Positions 28,801 through 43,292 of a stretch of 64,000 bases of DNA are shown piece after piece. The notes below the pieces were generated by a model, which searched no databases, was not told the origin of the DNA, and worked only from the letters and a program-made list of their open reading frames with translations. Source of the DNA: the human T2T-CHM13v2.0 reference genome, Homo sapiens. Both the position numbers and the translations under genes were made by a program. The stretch is from the NCBI RefSeq assembly GCF_009914755.1, contig NC_060926.1. One strand, given 5' to 3'. How positions within the stretch are numbered: the stretch's first letter is position 1; each line of letters opens with the position of its first letter.

Positions 28801-29739
28801 GGAGGTGGCTAATTTTAACAACTACAATAAATTCGGTTGTTGTTGTTGAAAGATCTTTAAGGAGAAATGTGATACTCCTTGTAACATGGGCGCAGGAGAT
28901 CTATTACATTTTGTTCCCCAGTCCTGTAGGAATGAGGGTAGGAGACATTCCTAGAGGTTGGTCAGAGCATGGTTTTCCATATTTCCTAATATATAAAGAA
29001 ACAAATCCTAGTAAATACACATAACTTGGCCAAATAACCTTAAATAGATATATTAAAAATCACTTACAATTTGTGAAAATATCAAGTTCCCTTTGATTTG
29101 TATAATCTTCATTTTTTTATGGTGTTAAATTTTCACCGATATTTTGTTAAGCAGAATTCTTAGAGTGTAAAGGAATTGGATTAATGTTCTTTACTTTCTC
29201 TGAAAAGTATACCCCCAAAGAAAAAGGAAATAGATTTTGATAAGTAGACAAAAGAGATTTATTTTCAGAGAAGACTGACTTAGTAGTTCTAATTAAGATA
29301 ATTTGAAACACAGGATCATCATTTCCTGAAACAATTTGGAAAAAAAGAAAGAGAAGTCTTTAAGCATAGTGTTTTTTGTTTTAATTGGTGAGAATAGAGA
29401 GAGGTGTGAATTATATTACTGCTTTAGATGTGTGAAGATTTTAATAAGCAGTTTAGTAGGTTTACTGTGAACTCTTGACATTCAAAGTTAACATCATTTT
29501 CATTTTTTATATCTGTTACTGGAACATGGAATTAACTTCTAAAATGTAGTTTTCCTGAGAGCTTCCTACTGCTTTTTACATGTCTTCATATGTACTGTCA
29601 AATGGTAGATTTAATATTTTATACTTGATTTTAGACATCATAATATAAGTCAACAGAAATGATGTTGATTTTTTTCCATATGTAAATAACTTCCTAAACT
29701 TTATGAAATGCTTGTGAAGGTTGATATCAAGATTTTTAT

Positions 29740-30582
29740 TTTTATTTTTATTTAAAGTTCTGGGGTACATGTGCAGTATGTGTGGGTTTGTTACATAGGT
29801 AAATGTGTGCCATGGTGGTTTGCTGCACCTATCAATCCATCACCTAGGTATTAAGCCTGGCATGAATTAGCTATTTTTCCTGATGTTCCCCCTTTCCCAC
29901 CCTCTCTATAGGCCCCAATGTGTGTTGTTCCCCTCCCTGTGTCCATGTGTTCTCATTGTTCCTCTCCCACTTGTAAGTGAGAACATGCAGTGTTTGGTTT
30001 TCTGTTCCTGTGTTAGTTTGCTGAGGATAATGGCTTCTAGCTCCAACCAGATCCCTGTAAAGGACCTGATCTCTTTCCTTTTCATGATTGCCTGGTATTC
30101 CATGGTGCATATGTACATTTGCTTTATTCAGTCTATCATTCATGGGCATCTGGGTTGATTTCATGTCTTTGCTATTGTGAATAGTGCTGCAATGAACATA
30201 TGTGTGCATATATCTTTATAATAGAATAATTTATATTTGTTTGGGTATATACCCAGTAATGAGATTGCTGGGTCAAATGATATTTCTGGTTCTAAATCTT
30301 TGAGGAATCACCACACTGTCTTCCACAATGGTTGAACTAATTTACATTCCCACCAACAGCATAAAAGCATTCCTTTTCTCTGCAACCTTGCCAGGATCTG
30401 TTGTTTCTTGACTTTTTAATAATTGCCATTCTGACTGGCGTGAGATGGTATCTCACTGTAGTTTTGGTTTGCATTTCTCTAATGATCAGTGATGTTGAGC
30501 TTTTTTTCATGTTTGTTGGCTGCATGTATGTCTTCTTTTGAGAAGTGTCTGTTCATGTCCTTTGACCACTTTTTAATGGGGT
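29740..30582 (-). mobile_element. 5'-truncated L1 (L1PA10-13-like), about 850 bp
   Basis: 3'UTR cacctaggtattaagcc; ORF2 C-terminus ([15 protein letters not shown]); TSD a(a/g)gattttta at ~29729 and 30583. Confidence 0.9.
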
Positions 30583-32069
30583 AGGATTTTTAAAGATAAA
30601 ATCTAAAGAAATTTAAACCCAGATACATTTATCAACTATTTTGTTCAATTACTGTTTCATATTAAAACTATTTTTACATTGTTCTTATTTTGGATAGTGG
30701 AGTTTAATGCATGTTGTTAACTGCTCTAATTTTTTAAGAATATAGTTTGTACAGTAGATAGAGATTTACTACAGATATGAAACCTGGGCCCCTACATCTA
30801 ATGGCAACTTTTTATTTTATACTACCATGTATTTTTTCTCCCAGGATTTCTTAACTTTCTGTTCTAGATCATGCCACATCTATGTCTTTTTCTAAATGAA
30901 ACTGGAGACAGTCAAAAGTGAAGATGTTCAGTAAGATCTAAATTTGGACAGGAATATTTAACTATACATATATTTAGTGCCTGCACAGCAAACATGTAGC
31001 AAGATTGAATGAAATACAATAATCCCTTCCTAAACATGAGATTCCAGTAAAAATTTAAAGTGAGATGTGGTTACCTTGTAGCTCCTTTTGTCAATCAAAA
31101 GATTTTGAATTTATTTGCATTTGAATTGTGAGCAATAATTCTGAGTTGAGAAAAGGCAACTGGAAGTTAGGAATATTTAAAAGGAAGTAAAGCTGATGGC
31201 GGAGAAGTACGAATTTTTATAACAACTGGGAAAGATACTGAAAGATTGGAAAGCTCCCCAGTACTCCTTAGGAGGAAGAAAAGGGGTAACTGATTGAGGC
31301 CTCAGTGAGCTAAGGACTGGGCCTGGAAACTGGAGAGACCGGGAGGCAGCAGGTGCGGCCACAGGGCCAATTCTGAGTCATAAAATTGAAAAGGTGATGG
31401 TCTTTGAGATGTAGACACAGATAAATTGAAAAAGAGTTGCTTTGAAATATTTGTTTTCTGTAACAAAACAAAAGTTACTTGTAAGCATGTCGTTAATACT
31501 GAAGAAAAGAGGTGGCAAGAGAGGGAGCTCCTGAAAACTTCTAGCATGCAAAGGTATAATTCACATTATCGTTAATTTAGGTGTATATATTGCATGGCTA
31601 ATATCTTCACTTAGTATATTGTTTTACAAATGTGAAAGTATGTGTTAGGTTTCTTACAGATTTAGCTATGACATTGTTTCCCCAGCTGTGTTCTTCTTCT
31701 ATGGCTTTAGTTTATTGATTATAAATTATGTTACAGGAATTCTTCTGGACCCAAATCCCTGTGGTTTGGGGGAAACTATTATATGTTTGAAGGAGAATAG
31801 GCACAGGTTTGTATAAAAGGGTTTGAAAGAGTAAAGTTGAGCATAACTAAAGCAATTTAGGCTGATGCCTGGTGTCCCTAAAATTAATGCACTTTAAAAT
31901 GGACATGTCTAACTACTAATGAATTTTCAAAATTAAAATATCCATCAGTTAGACATTAGGCCAATCTCCCCACTCTTAGCATCAAAATCTCATTGTGAAA
32001 ATTGAGATTCTTTGCGAAGAGCCTGGGATAACCTCCTTTAAGTCTTAGAATATAATGGTGTTGGTAAAT

Positions 32070-33900
32070 ATACCTTGATGTAACCCTGGGTCCCAGATTT
32101 ACCAGCCCTTGAACACAGATGATCTCAGATTAATGGCCAAATTAACTGGCATTTCCAGAGCTTGGGGTCACATATCCAAACCTCCTTAAATAGCACTGAG
32201 GGATCCCTTAGGGTTCTGTATACTCAGATACAAGTAGGTTCATGTTTTCCACTTTGGTTTGCTCTTCCACACATAAGCTCTAGTGCAGCTGCTGCTAATG
32301 CCCATTATGGAGTTGTCATTGATTCTACTAACGATGCATCTTCCCACATTGGCAAAATTGCCAATACTTTCTTCCCTTACAGTCTCTTAGATTCCAGCCT
32401 AAATGTAGCACTCAGTGGGAATGACTTTCCTGACCCTTCCCCACAAGTGATTGAGGGTCGTTTATTCTATGCCTCCATAGCACTCTGTACTTCTTTCTTG
32501 CAGACTTTAACACATAATTATGTAAGTCATTTCTGTATTTCTTCAATCTTAAGACATGCTCTGTTTCAACATTTTTAACACTTAAAAATTTGTGATGTTA
32601 TAATTGAAAAAATCATTTTATGTAGTAATTTCTTTTTATCATGGAGAATTTATTGAAACATGGATAATTCCATGAAATATCATGGAATATTTATTGTCTC
32701 TTATAATTGAAGGCATCTTTCAATTTGCTTTTGGAAGTGTGTTGGGCATGAATTTATTAATTATATATTCCTTTAAGTACAGCTTTATTTTTGGCATTTA
32801 GAATCAGGGATTATTTCCCACAAATTGTGAATGATTTTGCTTATAAAAATTGCTATGCAATTGTTAAGGTACAAACTTCAGAGTTAGACCTGGTTCTTGT
32901 CCTAGCCATGCCAACTGAAGTAATATGGTATTTGTGTATATATATTTTTGTCTTTCTTCCCTGATGGCCTATAAACTCCAAGAGGCCTGAAGAAACCTGT
33001 TGTTCATCCCTCTCCAGCAACTAGAACAGCACCTGCAGGTAGTGAAGGCTCAATAAACACTGGACTCCTTGCACCTTTGACTTGCTCACTCTTCATTTGA
33101 TCCTAATGACACTTTGAGGTAGATAATTAGTTACCTAAGAACAGGAACCACACATTTATTCAAAAATATTTATTGTGTGCCCACTAATCAAAGTGTAAGA
33201 TGTTGGAGATAAACACAGTGATGACGGAGTTCCTGTGACGAGTTCCTGTCACAGTTAAGTGGAACCAATATTCTCAAGAATATGGGGCAAGTGCTTTAAC
33301 AGAGGCGTGTATGAAATAATTCAGTGGCATAAAGGGGTATGAGTGACTCCCTGGAGGAGAGCAGAAAAGGTTCACAGAGTTGGTAACATTGGAGCTGGAC
33401 CTAAAAGAATGAATAATTATTTAATAAATTACCCAATAACATTTCCAAAAGGATTTGAAGCAAATGATCTTATGGCACTTCTGCAAACATGCAAAATGTA
33501 AGGAGTAAAGAGATGAATAAGTATGAATAGAAAATAGAGCTAGAATAATAAGATGGAGTCAGAGGGAGACTTTGAATGCAAGACCACATGCCTTAGAGCT
33601 ATATACAATTGCTAAAGTCCTACACCATTGCCCATTCTATATATATTATATTATATTTGACAAAGGGATTCAGATAATAGTAAGGCAATCTGTTTTCCAC
33701 AGTGAATCTAGTGGTTGTATGCAGAAAGAATTGAAAGTGGCTGCGGTGGGAAACAAGACTGAGTGTAAGAAACCAGGAAAGGCAATTGGAAGTACTTGAG
33801 ATCGGTCAGTTATGGGGATGGGGATCGGAATTATGACAGTGGCAGTAATGGCACAGTGAGGGAGGGGGTTTTGATTCCAGGAAATCAAGACTGCTTTTAC
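32070..33900. mobile_element. Cluster of L2/MIR relics in both orientations
   Basis: L2-like 3' ends (aggctcaataaac; atttattcaaaaatatttattgtgtgcc) and body fragments. Confidence 0.4.
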
Positions 33901-34378
33901 TTCTGCTTTTTTTCTCAATGGCAATACCTTTGTTGTTGTTGTTCAGTAGATATTTCTAGGGAACCATAGCTCTGACACTGGTGACATGTGCACTCCTTTG
34001 AAATATAGCCTTTAACAATTACCGTATCAATCAAAATTGAATATGGTATGCCGTTCATTTAGTGGCACTGCTTGCAAGAGGTGAAATTTCTCAAAGTAAT
34101 GTCAACTTTGAGTTCTATCAGACAATCATGTATCTGCTTTGATTCCCTTAAAACAGATGAATCATTTGGTTTAATCTCTGAAATTATAAGAGGTATACAT
34201 CTCTTCAGTTTGTAATTGCTAAGAAGCTATGGCTTGGTGATATTAACATTTAGAGTTATAATGTAACTTTTAATAAGTTGTTCTTTTTTTAGGTTACTAA
34301 AAAAAAATAGCTTGTTCAGACCTAAGCACACATCTCCTCTTAAGAGAAACAAAAACATAGATACTGACTATCAGGAAT

Positions 34379-34910
34379 TGTATTAATCAGGGTTCTCCAG
34401 AGAAACAAAACCAGAAGAAGAACAAACAAAACTAGTAGAAGACAGATATAGTTATACCTACCTATAGATAATATACTGTATATAGAAAGACTTATTATAA
34501 GGTATTGGCTTACACAATTATAGAGGCTGAGATACCCCATAAGGTGGAAAACTTGGAAAACTGGTGGTGCAGTTTGAAGGCCTAAGAGCCAGAGAGCCAG
34601 TGCTGCAGATTCCAGTCTGAGACAGAAGACCTAAGAACCAGGAACAACAAGGGCAGAAAATCAATGTCCCAGCTAAAGCGTCAGGCAGAGAGAGGGCGAG
34701 TTTCTCCTTCCACCTTTTTGTCTATTCAGGCCCTCAACAAATAGGACAATACTTGCCCACTTGGGGAGGGCCATCTGCTTTACTCAGTACTGATCAAATG
34801 TTGATCTCTTCTGGAAACATCCTCACAGACATGCTCAGGAAAAATGTTTAACTCAATTATCTACGCATCCTGCGATCCAGTCAAGTTGATAGATAAAATT
34901 TACTATTGCA
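34379..34910 (-). mobile_element. MLT2B-like ERVL solo LTR
   Basis: tgtattaatcagggttctccagagaaac ... cagtcaagttgat; exact 5-bp TSD ggaat at 34374-34378 and 34911-34915. Confidence 0.88.
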
Positions 34911-35047
34911 GGAATGTCTAACAACATACAGCGACTTGAAATCAAGAGTTTTTGCCTCCAAAATCATTTATTTATCTCAAGGCAGTACAGGCCTAAAAGG
35001 AGCTAGGTTAAAAATGCAACCTAGTTTCTTTGGAAGATGAGTTTTCT

Positions 35048-35182
35048 TTTCTTTTTTAAAACATTTCTTATTTTAATTTCTTTGGTATATAGTAGTTGTA
35101 TATATTTATTGGGTACAGGAGATGTTTTGATACAGACACGCAATGTGTAATTACCACATCATGTAAGGTGGGGTTTCCATCC
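35048..35182 (-). mobile_element. Very short L1MA 3' end
   Basis: L1MA2-like terminal sequence; flanking repeat ...gagttttct at 35039 and 35191. Confidence 0.75.
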
Positions 35183-36157
35183 TGGAGAGCGAGTTTTCTA
35201 ATCATTCCACCCTTTTCCTCAACATTCTGCCTTTGCTCCGCCTTAATTTCACAGTTTCCTCTACAGACATGAGTGCGTATCTTCTGAATTTAAATTGTGA
35301 AAGTGACACAAGATTTAAAGCATTAATGGCTACTTAAGCCATTATTTTGAAACAGCAAAAGAAAAAGAACATTATGAAAGAAAAATAGAATTGCACAGTA
35401 ATTTCATGACAAAAGTGCTTCTGTTTAATGATTTGTAAAAGAAGTAGGAGGCATTTTCAGTGGAAACTGCTAATTATTTTGGTTTTCCATAATGAAAACC
35501 TGTGAAGTTGTTTAAATGTCTCTGTTCATTAGTTTACTTTGCGACACTGGCACATTTGTTTGCTTTATGTATTTTCTCACTTCTTTGCATCAAAATGAGA
35601 CTGATATCACGATCCATGAACTTAGTTTTTTGGAAATTATGGCGATAATCTCTTGACCATGAGAATCAATAACTTTTAAATTTTCCTACTTTAGGCTAAG
35701 AAGGAATATTCCAGTCACTCTTTGGGTCTGTTGTTTCATTTATCATGTATCTTGAAAGATGGTTCTTTATTCTGCTTTGTCAGAAACATCTACAAATCAA
35801 ATAATTACTGATATATACTTGGTGACTTATGTCTAGAATAAATTTAAAGGTTACTAAAGAAATTAACCTTGGTACCAATTGTTTTTGCCATACTAATGGC
35901 TCTTAAGGAATGATTTAATCATGTATGTCTGTGGCAGGCTGCTCAATGACAGTGCTGTTCAAATCAGAAACGCCCTTTTCCTTTAAGAGGGCATTTATTT
36001 TCCCTCTTCTCTTTATATATTTACATGGTCACTATGGATGGCTAATATGATACCTTCCCATTTTGAAACATATAAAATTATATTCTAATAAGAGAAGAAA
36101 ACTTCCTTTTATAGATTAAAAAAAAACCCACAAAAGTGATGCTTCCAAGACATTTTA

Positions 36158-36470
<313 letters not shown>

Positions 36471-37369
36471 TCTTTCTCTAGTCCATGCTAGTTCTTACTG
36501 ACTTACTGTTGAACACATTGTGTACCATCTCTCAGATCCACATTTCTCTGTGTTGGCTTCATTCTCAGGCACACACTTTGTATAGTGGGAAACGCCCCTG
36601 CAGCTTCAGGGTACACGATCCTTAATTTAAAGATCTTATAGGATCCTAGAGTGCCTTTATAGATAGCTTTAGGAAAAGTTCCAGAGGCATTTTTGATTGT
36701 TCTGGCTTGAGGCAAGTGTTCCTTCCTGAAGCTGAGTCAGCTTCACATGAATCATATGAATGAAAGGATTACTATGGAGAAAGTGATTCCCTAAAGGAAA
36801 AGCATACTTGGCAGACAGTCAAAGGTCTACTTCAATGAATATAAAAATTCAGATAGCTCGATGAAATGAGAGTAGGAAAAACTTAAGCCTGACTTAGTAG
36901 CTGATCTGAAGGTGGTTTTTCCCTAGGGTGCTTTCTGTCCCACTGTAATAAAAAAACTCTTGGGGGCTCTCGGTTTTATAGGATCCCAAATGAGAACACT
37001 TCTTTGATCTGATATGAAATATATAAATACAATTTTTGCTTGTATTTACTACTTATAGTTTTGTTTCTCTGAGATAGTGATCTTCAGTATGGAAAAGTAA
37101 TAGATTAATGCTTTAAAATTTAGATAACACTGAATTTATTAATTTTGTATGATCCCTGTAGGATAAAAAAGCAGATTGATACAAAATAAGAAAATACATC
37201 TTCACCATTTCCAATAATGAATGAGTATAGACAGTCTTTATTAGCAGTATAAAGGCAGCAAATTTATAGTTAGTTAATAGTTATTTGCATTTATAAATCT
37301 ATTTAAATGAATGTTTAAAAAAGTTCTACCAGCTTGTAATCATCCTTGTAGAATCAAGCAACTCTTATT

Positions 37370-37400
37370 ATACACACATACAAACATACACACACACACA

Positions 37401-37441
<41 letters not shown>

Positions 37442-37443
37442 AT
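37370..37443. repeat. (CA)n microsatellite, interrupted
   Basis: Direct observation. Confidence 0.95.
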
Positions 37444-38119
37444 GGCCCAGAGTGCCTCCTAATCTAATAAGGAAAGGAATAGCAAAGAAACAGCTTTGTA
37501 TTCGGCTCTCTGAGAGAGAGGTGACTGAGTCAGGAGGATGAGATCAGCTAGTGACCCAGCTGCTCTGACAGGGGGTTGTGGGTTTGAGATGAGAGCCTCA
37601 ACTTTCCCATGCTTCAGTGATGTCTCTGTAACTCCCTTGGGTCACAAGCAGGTAGTTTGAAAAGCACTGATATAAAAATCAATAATGGGATTCAAATCAC
37701 TTTATAGCATGACCATTACTAATTTTTTCAGAAGATACTTATCTGTGTTTTTTCATTTATGTCTATATAGGGGTCATATTGAAAATATTAGACAATTGAT
37801 GTAATACAGGCACCTGACCAGCACTGACCAATCAGAGGAAATTCCAGGTATAAACATTTGAAACATCTTACAGGTATGCTTCAGCTAAATATCAGCCCTT
37901 TATATCTACATGCAAAGTTACTAAGCATTACTATTAATAAATTGTTTTGTCTGTCAAGATACATTTTCTAGCTCTGTTTCAGTTTATTCCATTTATATCA
38001 CAATTCTAGTAAAAATTTAATGGGGAATTTTATATTTCCCTACCCATTGAAAAACACTTGTATAATTTGTCATTAAATATTCTACCTAAAATATTTGTTT
38101 TCTTGGAACATTATCTATC

Positions 38120-38460
38120 TAACTTATTGCTTAATATTAAGTCCATAAATATTTATTGGGCTCCTACTGCGAGCCAAGCGATGTTTTTGTCTCTGGATAC
38201 ACACTAGAAAGGATAAGGTCAACTCCCCTGTGAACCTTATTGCTTGATTGAGGAGATGAATAACAGAATTCCAAAGCAGAGATTCTGTCTTGGGGAAGTA
38301 CAAGGGACTATGAAAGCAATGGGCAGTGTCATATAACATACACCTGGGATTAGGGAAGACTTCCTGGAGGAGGTGTTCAACTGTGACTGAAGGATGCACT
38401 GAGAGGTGGGAAACATGAGGGAAAAGGGCAATGGGAAGACAATAGTTCAAATATGTGAAA
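38120..38460 (-). mobile_element. L2 3' fragment
   Basis: aaatatttattgggctcctact...gggaagacttcctggaggaggtg. Confidence 0.65.
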
Positions 38461-39364
38461 AGTTCCAGAAATAGGCCAGAAGACTTTCAATTACCCAAAA
38501 GTAGTTAATATTGCTTAGGAGCCCTATCTATTGTCCACCTGATATGAATGGAAAAATGATCACTTACTACCACTTACTACCCCCATCCCCTATACTTTTT
38601 AGTTATTTTTTTCCACTGAAAATGTGCTTAACTTTATAGTCTGTTCTGTAAACAGTTCTATCAGTTTGTCCCAGGATCTTTTATATGGAGTTACTGCTCA
38701 CCATCAATGTGCAGTGGAGAGTAGCAAGTGAAGATAAAAGGAAACATTCTAACTTTTACCTGCTGATTCATGCCTCTCGCCTTTGCACATGTCTCTTTGA
38801 CTGGGGTTGCCCTTTCTCTTCTCATTCACCTGTAATATCTACAGATCTTTCAGGATTTGAATTAAATGTTTTCTCTTATCAAAACTTTGTGTCTCCTACA
38901 GGTAGAGCCAACTGCTGTATCCAGTACACAGTTTTTTCTTATCAGCTGCAATTCTTTGTGCCTCATTTAGTCTGTAAATTATTTGAGGGTAGGGGCATTA
39001 TGTTCTACTATTAAGACCTCAGTCATGTCTATCACAGCATGTCTGTTAGGAGTTTGAGGTACCTCTCACCTTCGTTTTGAGATTTAGTTACACACATAAG
39101 GTTTGCTATACAGATACGAACAAGTGTTGCTTTTATGACTCTTCAAATATCTCAAAGAAGCTAGATGGGGAACAAAGCATGGGTCAGGAAGTTTTTTTAC
39201 TTTCTACCCACTGAATTGGTGATAGGTTTTGTACTACAGGTTTGACCTCAGTTTTCACTCTGCCACAGGCAAATAGACAATGAACCATGTGGTTCAATAC
39301 AGGTAGTGGAAGAAAGCCCATAAAATAGGATAGGAAGTGAGGGGCCAACTTCCTGCCTTGAAGG

Positions 39365-39680
39365 CAGGGCTCCCCAACCTGTGGGCCATGGCCAGATACC
39401 AGTGTGCGGGCTGTTAGGAACTGGGCAGCACTGCAGGAAGTGAGCAGGGGCCAGCCAGCATTACCACCTGAGCTCCGCCTCCTGTTAGATCAGCAGGGGC
39501 ATTAGATTCTCATAGAAATGAGAACCCTATGGTGAACTGCACATGTAAGGGATCTAGGTTGTGCACTCCTTATGAGACTAACTAATGCCTGATGATCTGA
39601 GGTGGGACAGTTTCATCCGGAAACTATCTGTCTCCCATCTGTGGAAAAATTGTCTTCCATGAAACCAGTCCCTGGTGCTG
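39365..39680 (+). mobile_element. MER1B (hAT-Charlie) with truncated right TIR
   Basis: cagggctccccaacc...attagattctcatag...tggaaaaattgtcttccatgaaaccagtccctggtgc; 8-bp TSD cttgaagg / ctttaagg. Confidence 0.88.
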
Positions 39681-41389
39681 CTTTAAGGGGTAGTAGCCTG
39701 CCTACCAACAAAACAAGGGCTAATGAAGGAATGGCTCTGACTAGCCATCTCTTCTTCACATGCTAAAGTGATCATTTGCAAACAAGTGTCTCAGTTTTTG
39801 AAATTTATGTAAATGGAATCATACTGCATATATAACTATACATACTAATCAACTCCAAAAATGTTAAGTTCCATAAAGGCTGAATGACTCAAATATGGTA
39901 CAATGTTGAATTGATAATTTGACTTGATGATTTTAAAGTGTCTTTTAACCCTAAGAATCTGTTTTCCTTTGGCCTTTGATATTCATGTCACCTGAAATTA
40001 TTCAGTGTTCTCCGGATCTGGTACGTCTGGACCAAAGAAATATTCTAGTTCATAGAAAATGGACTAATCCTATGAAGAAAAATGGTTGCTCTTAAGTGTG
40101 TTTTCTTTCACTGCATATTGGGCCTTATTGCAGGGTGGAGGCAAATTGTAACCAAACGTGGTAGGCAACTGATGTATATGTTTGAATACCAAAGAAGCTT
40201 TTCCAAGTTCATTTTCATTAATTAAATCTGTGAACTCTTTAATGAATTGTCTATGATCTGGTGATTACCAAGCCACAGGACTGAAGTTTTAGTGAATTTA
40301 TTTGTGAAGATCTCTATAAACCGTAACTGTCAGATCATACCTATCATAATTTTAGAGGGTAGTTTAAAATAGACTCAAAATTAGACCTTGTGCCTGAACT
40401 ATATGGAGGAGGAGATTAATTTTTAAAATATAGCATGTTTAATAAAGATCGATTGGCGTGTACTTAGCAAATAATTTCAGATATAGCAGGACATAAACAG
40501 TGTACACAAGAGTACTGGATCTCTTGCCTTAAGCTGTGTACCAACCGTACCTTCATTCATTCATTCATTCAATTTTGACTTTTTTACTTAGGAGAGACAG
40601 ATGAGTACTGAGAGAAATTGTGGGGTGTGGTAGAGGGGCAAGCTAAAGTGCCCAAACCATCCTTTGATGTTTGCTTCTGTTTTTTACTGGGAATAATCAT
40701 TTTCGGTCTTGATGTTTCAAAGATTATTTTAATGTAATTTCTTATTACAGTTTATATTTTTATGGTATGATTAATACAATTTTCCATGGAAATAATTTGA
40801 GGTTTTTTGGTTATATTATAAATAGAATAATATGAAACTCAGGATGACAAAGACATATTGCATATCTTGGCTTCAACCTGTAATAACATTGTTTTATAGG
40901 AAATATGTAAAGTGTATACCCTTTATCATTATGTATACCCTTTATGTATATGTGTACCCTTTATCATTAAGTTAAACAAATATTTTATTTCTGGTCAAAA
41001 TAGGTTCTGGTCAGAATATTGAAATTCAGACCAGAATCTGGCCAAGAGGTTCTGGTCAGAATATTGAAATTCAGCAATCTGGGGGTGATAGAATTAAACA
41101 GAGTTTGACATATGCATTGTTGAGAATTAGAGAAACTTATAAAGTTTCAGGCTCTTGCTTCCTATTTTTTGAAAAATGTTCATGCAAGTAATGTTTTTCA
41201 GAAAAATGAAAAATTCTTTGGCTCATTTTCTTTTGTTATATATTGTCCTCCATGGCTTTATCTATTTTTTTTTTTTCTGAATGAGTCTATTGAAATTGCT
41301 CCAATAAACTTTTCGGGTAAGAACTTTTTCACAGCTTGATGATGACCTATAGGAAGAAACGTTTTTTGAGTGTACTTATCTGTGCTATG

Positions 41390-41770
41390 TTCTTTTATTT
41401 GTTTAATTAAGAAAATATCTATTATGAAATATAAGACACAGATAAGTGCAAAAAAATCAAGGTATAGTATAATGAATTGTTACAAAGCAAATATCTCTTT
41501 AAAGCATCCCAGATTAAAAACGAGAACATCAACAGCTTTCAGAAGTTCCTTTCTCCCAGATATTCTTTCATCTCAGAGAGTAGATATCACAAAATTAATT
41601 CTGTGGTTAAAATGCCCTTGATTATCTTTCTTGTTTAGCCACCTATGTGTGCATTCCTAGACAATACAGTTTTGGAAATTTATGTAAATGGAACCAGGCT
41701 ACATGGAATATTTTTATGCATTATTCTTTTACTCACTATCACGTTTAAGACACATTCATCTTTACTTCAT
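41390..41770 (-). mobile_element. Old L1ME 3' fragment
   Basis: aatgaattgttacaaagcaaat..., gaaatttatgtaaatggaa. Confidence 0.5.
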
Positions 41771-42920
41771 TTTGAGAAATCTTAATTGACTTCCACATGA
41801 AATAATTGTCAGGATTTCTTAGGGTTTACTCTTATCTATCACTAGCCATTATTTGTCTTGCCTCTTTTATTTCCTTTTAAATATGCCTGTGTTTGGTTAT
41901 TTTAATGCACAGTTACAGATAAACTTTTTAATGCACAATTACAGATACACTCATTTATTTGCCATGATCCTGTTTCATGTGTAGAGGATTTTTGCCTTGC
42001 AGTTTTTCCTAGCTCTTGAATTATATAAATTTATAGTTTGCAAAGATTTTGAGCAGAAGGGAAAGAAATAGATGTTGCCCTTTAGAATGATTGAATCAAC
42101 TTACTAGAGGAGCATATGGTATGAAGTATGGTATGAAAGGAGCTGACTGATAACAAGTTTTCAGGGAATAGGGTGTCTGTTTACAGTTTCAAGAGGGAAA
42201 TCAACAAAGGAAGAAAAACAGTTGGCATCTTAATGTTTAGTAAGTAACCTTTTGGTTTTGTTGCTTGGAAAATTCAGCATTGTGACAAAACCACTGCAAA
42301 CTTGTGACAGAGCTAGAGAAATAAGTAATTTTGATTGAAGAGTTTTCTACCCAGAATCCTTTCAGATGACATGATTATATTTTGAGCCCAAAAATATATG
42401 TTATGGTGAAAGAGAAAGCAAGAGCAGCTTTTTGTATTTCTTTCTATCGAGGACAATCCTATTGTTGATAGCAACGTGATTCCACAAACCCACAAATGTT
42501 TTACCCTCCATATTTCAGGATGCTTACTGTGGAGTCTCAGCATACAGATTTGACAGACACTTTATCCAATGAAGTCAGTGATAATAGAGTTGTTGGAAAT
42601 TCAGTGGGAAAACTCAGAACAAAATTAAATATGAGATCCCATTAAAATAAAGTTGATGTGAATTAAATTCCAACTTTTTCTCTTTATTCCCTATCTTGAT
42701 AGGTGGAACTGCTATTTACTCCTCCCTCAATTCAGAAATAAGGAATCATCCTAGACTTACCTTCCTTAGCTCACACATGCCACCAACTATCAAAGTCAAT
42801 TGCTTTTTAAAAAAATTTCTTCATTATTGCATCTCCTCTTTTTTCCCCATTGCAACTGCCTTAATTTAGGCAAGCACTTAGCATCTAGTTGATTGAAGCT
42901 TTTCTTTCACTTTTGGCCTC

Positions 42921-43292
42921 TTTTTTTTTTTTATATATTTTAAGTTCTGGGACACATGTGCAGAACATGCAGATTTGTTACATAAGTATACACATGCCAT
43001 GGTGGTTGGCTGCACCCATCAACCTGTCATCTACATTAGGTATTTCTTCTAATGCTATTCCTCCCCTACCCCCCACACCCCGACAGGCCCCAAGGTGTGA
43101 TGTTCTCCTCCCTGTGTCCATGTGTTCTCATTGATCAACTCCCAATTATGAGTGAACATACAGTGTTTGGTTTTCTGTTCCTGTGTTAGTTTGCTGAGAA
43201 TGATAGTTTCCAGCTTCATCTATGTCCCTGCAAAGGACATGAACTGATCCTTTTTTATGGCTGCATAGTATTCCATGATGTATATGTGCCAC
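42921..43292 (-). mobile_element. L1PA7/8-like 3' end (about 370 bp) abutting the T tail of the next L1
   Basis: L1 3'UTR, ending at tatatgtgccac directly before a new poly-T. Confidence 0.9.

Noticed and set aside
32162-32578. 138-aa plus-strand ORF
   Set aside because: Non-ATG start, overlaps L2-like relic sequence, no known motif or convincing splice flanks
41002-41074. 28-bp direct repeats with a spacer resembling a mini CRISPR array
   Set aside because: Only two copies, the spacer derives from the repeat, eukaryotic context and no cas genes
39792-41693. Near-identical 27-mer cagttttNgaaatttatgtaaatggaa at ~39792 and ~41667
   Set aside because: Best explained as the same conserved L1ME 3' segment in two relics
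41900-41951. 26-bp tandem duplication; similar small ones near 200 and 33230
   Set aside because: Ordinary slippage duplications with no further structure
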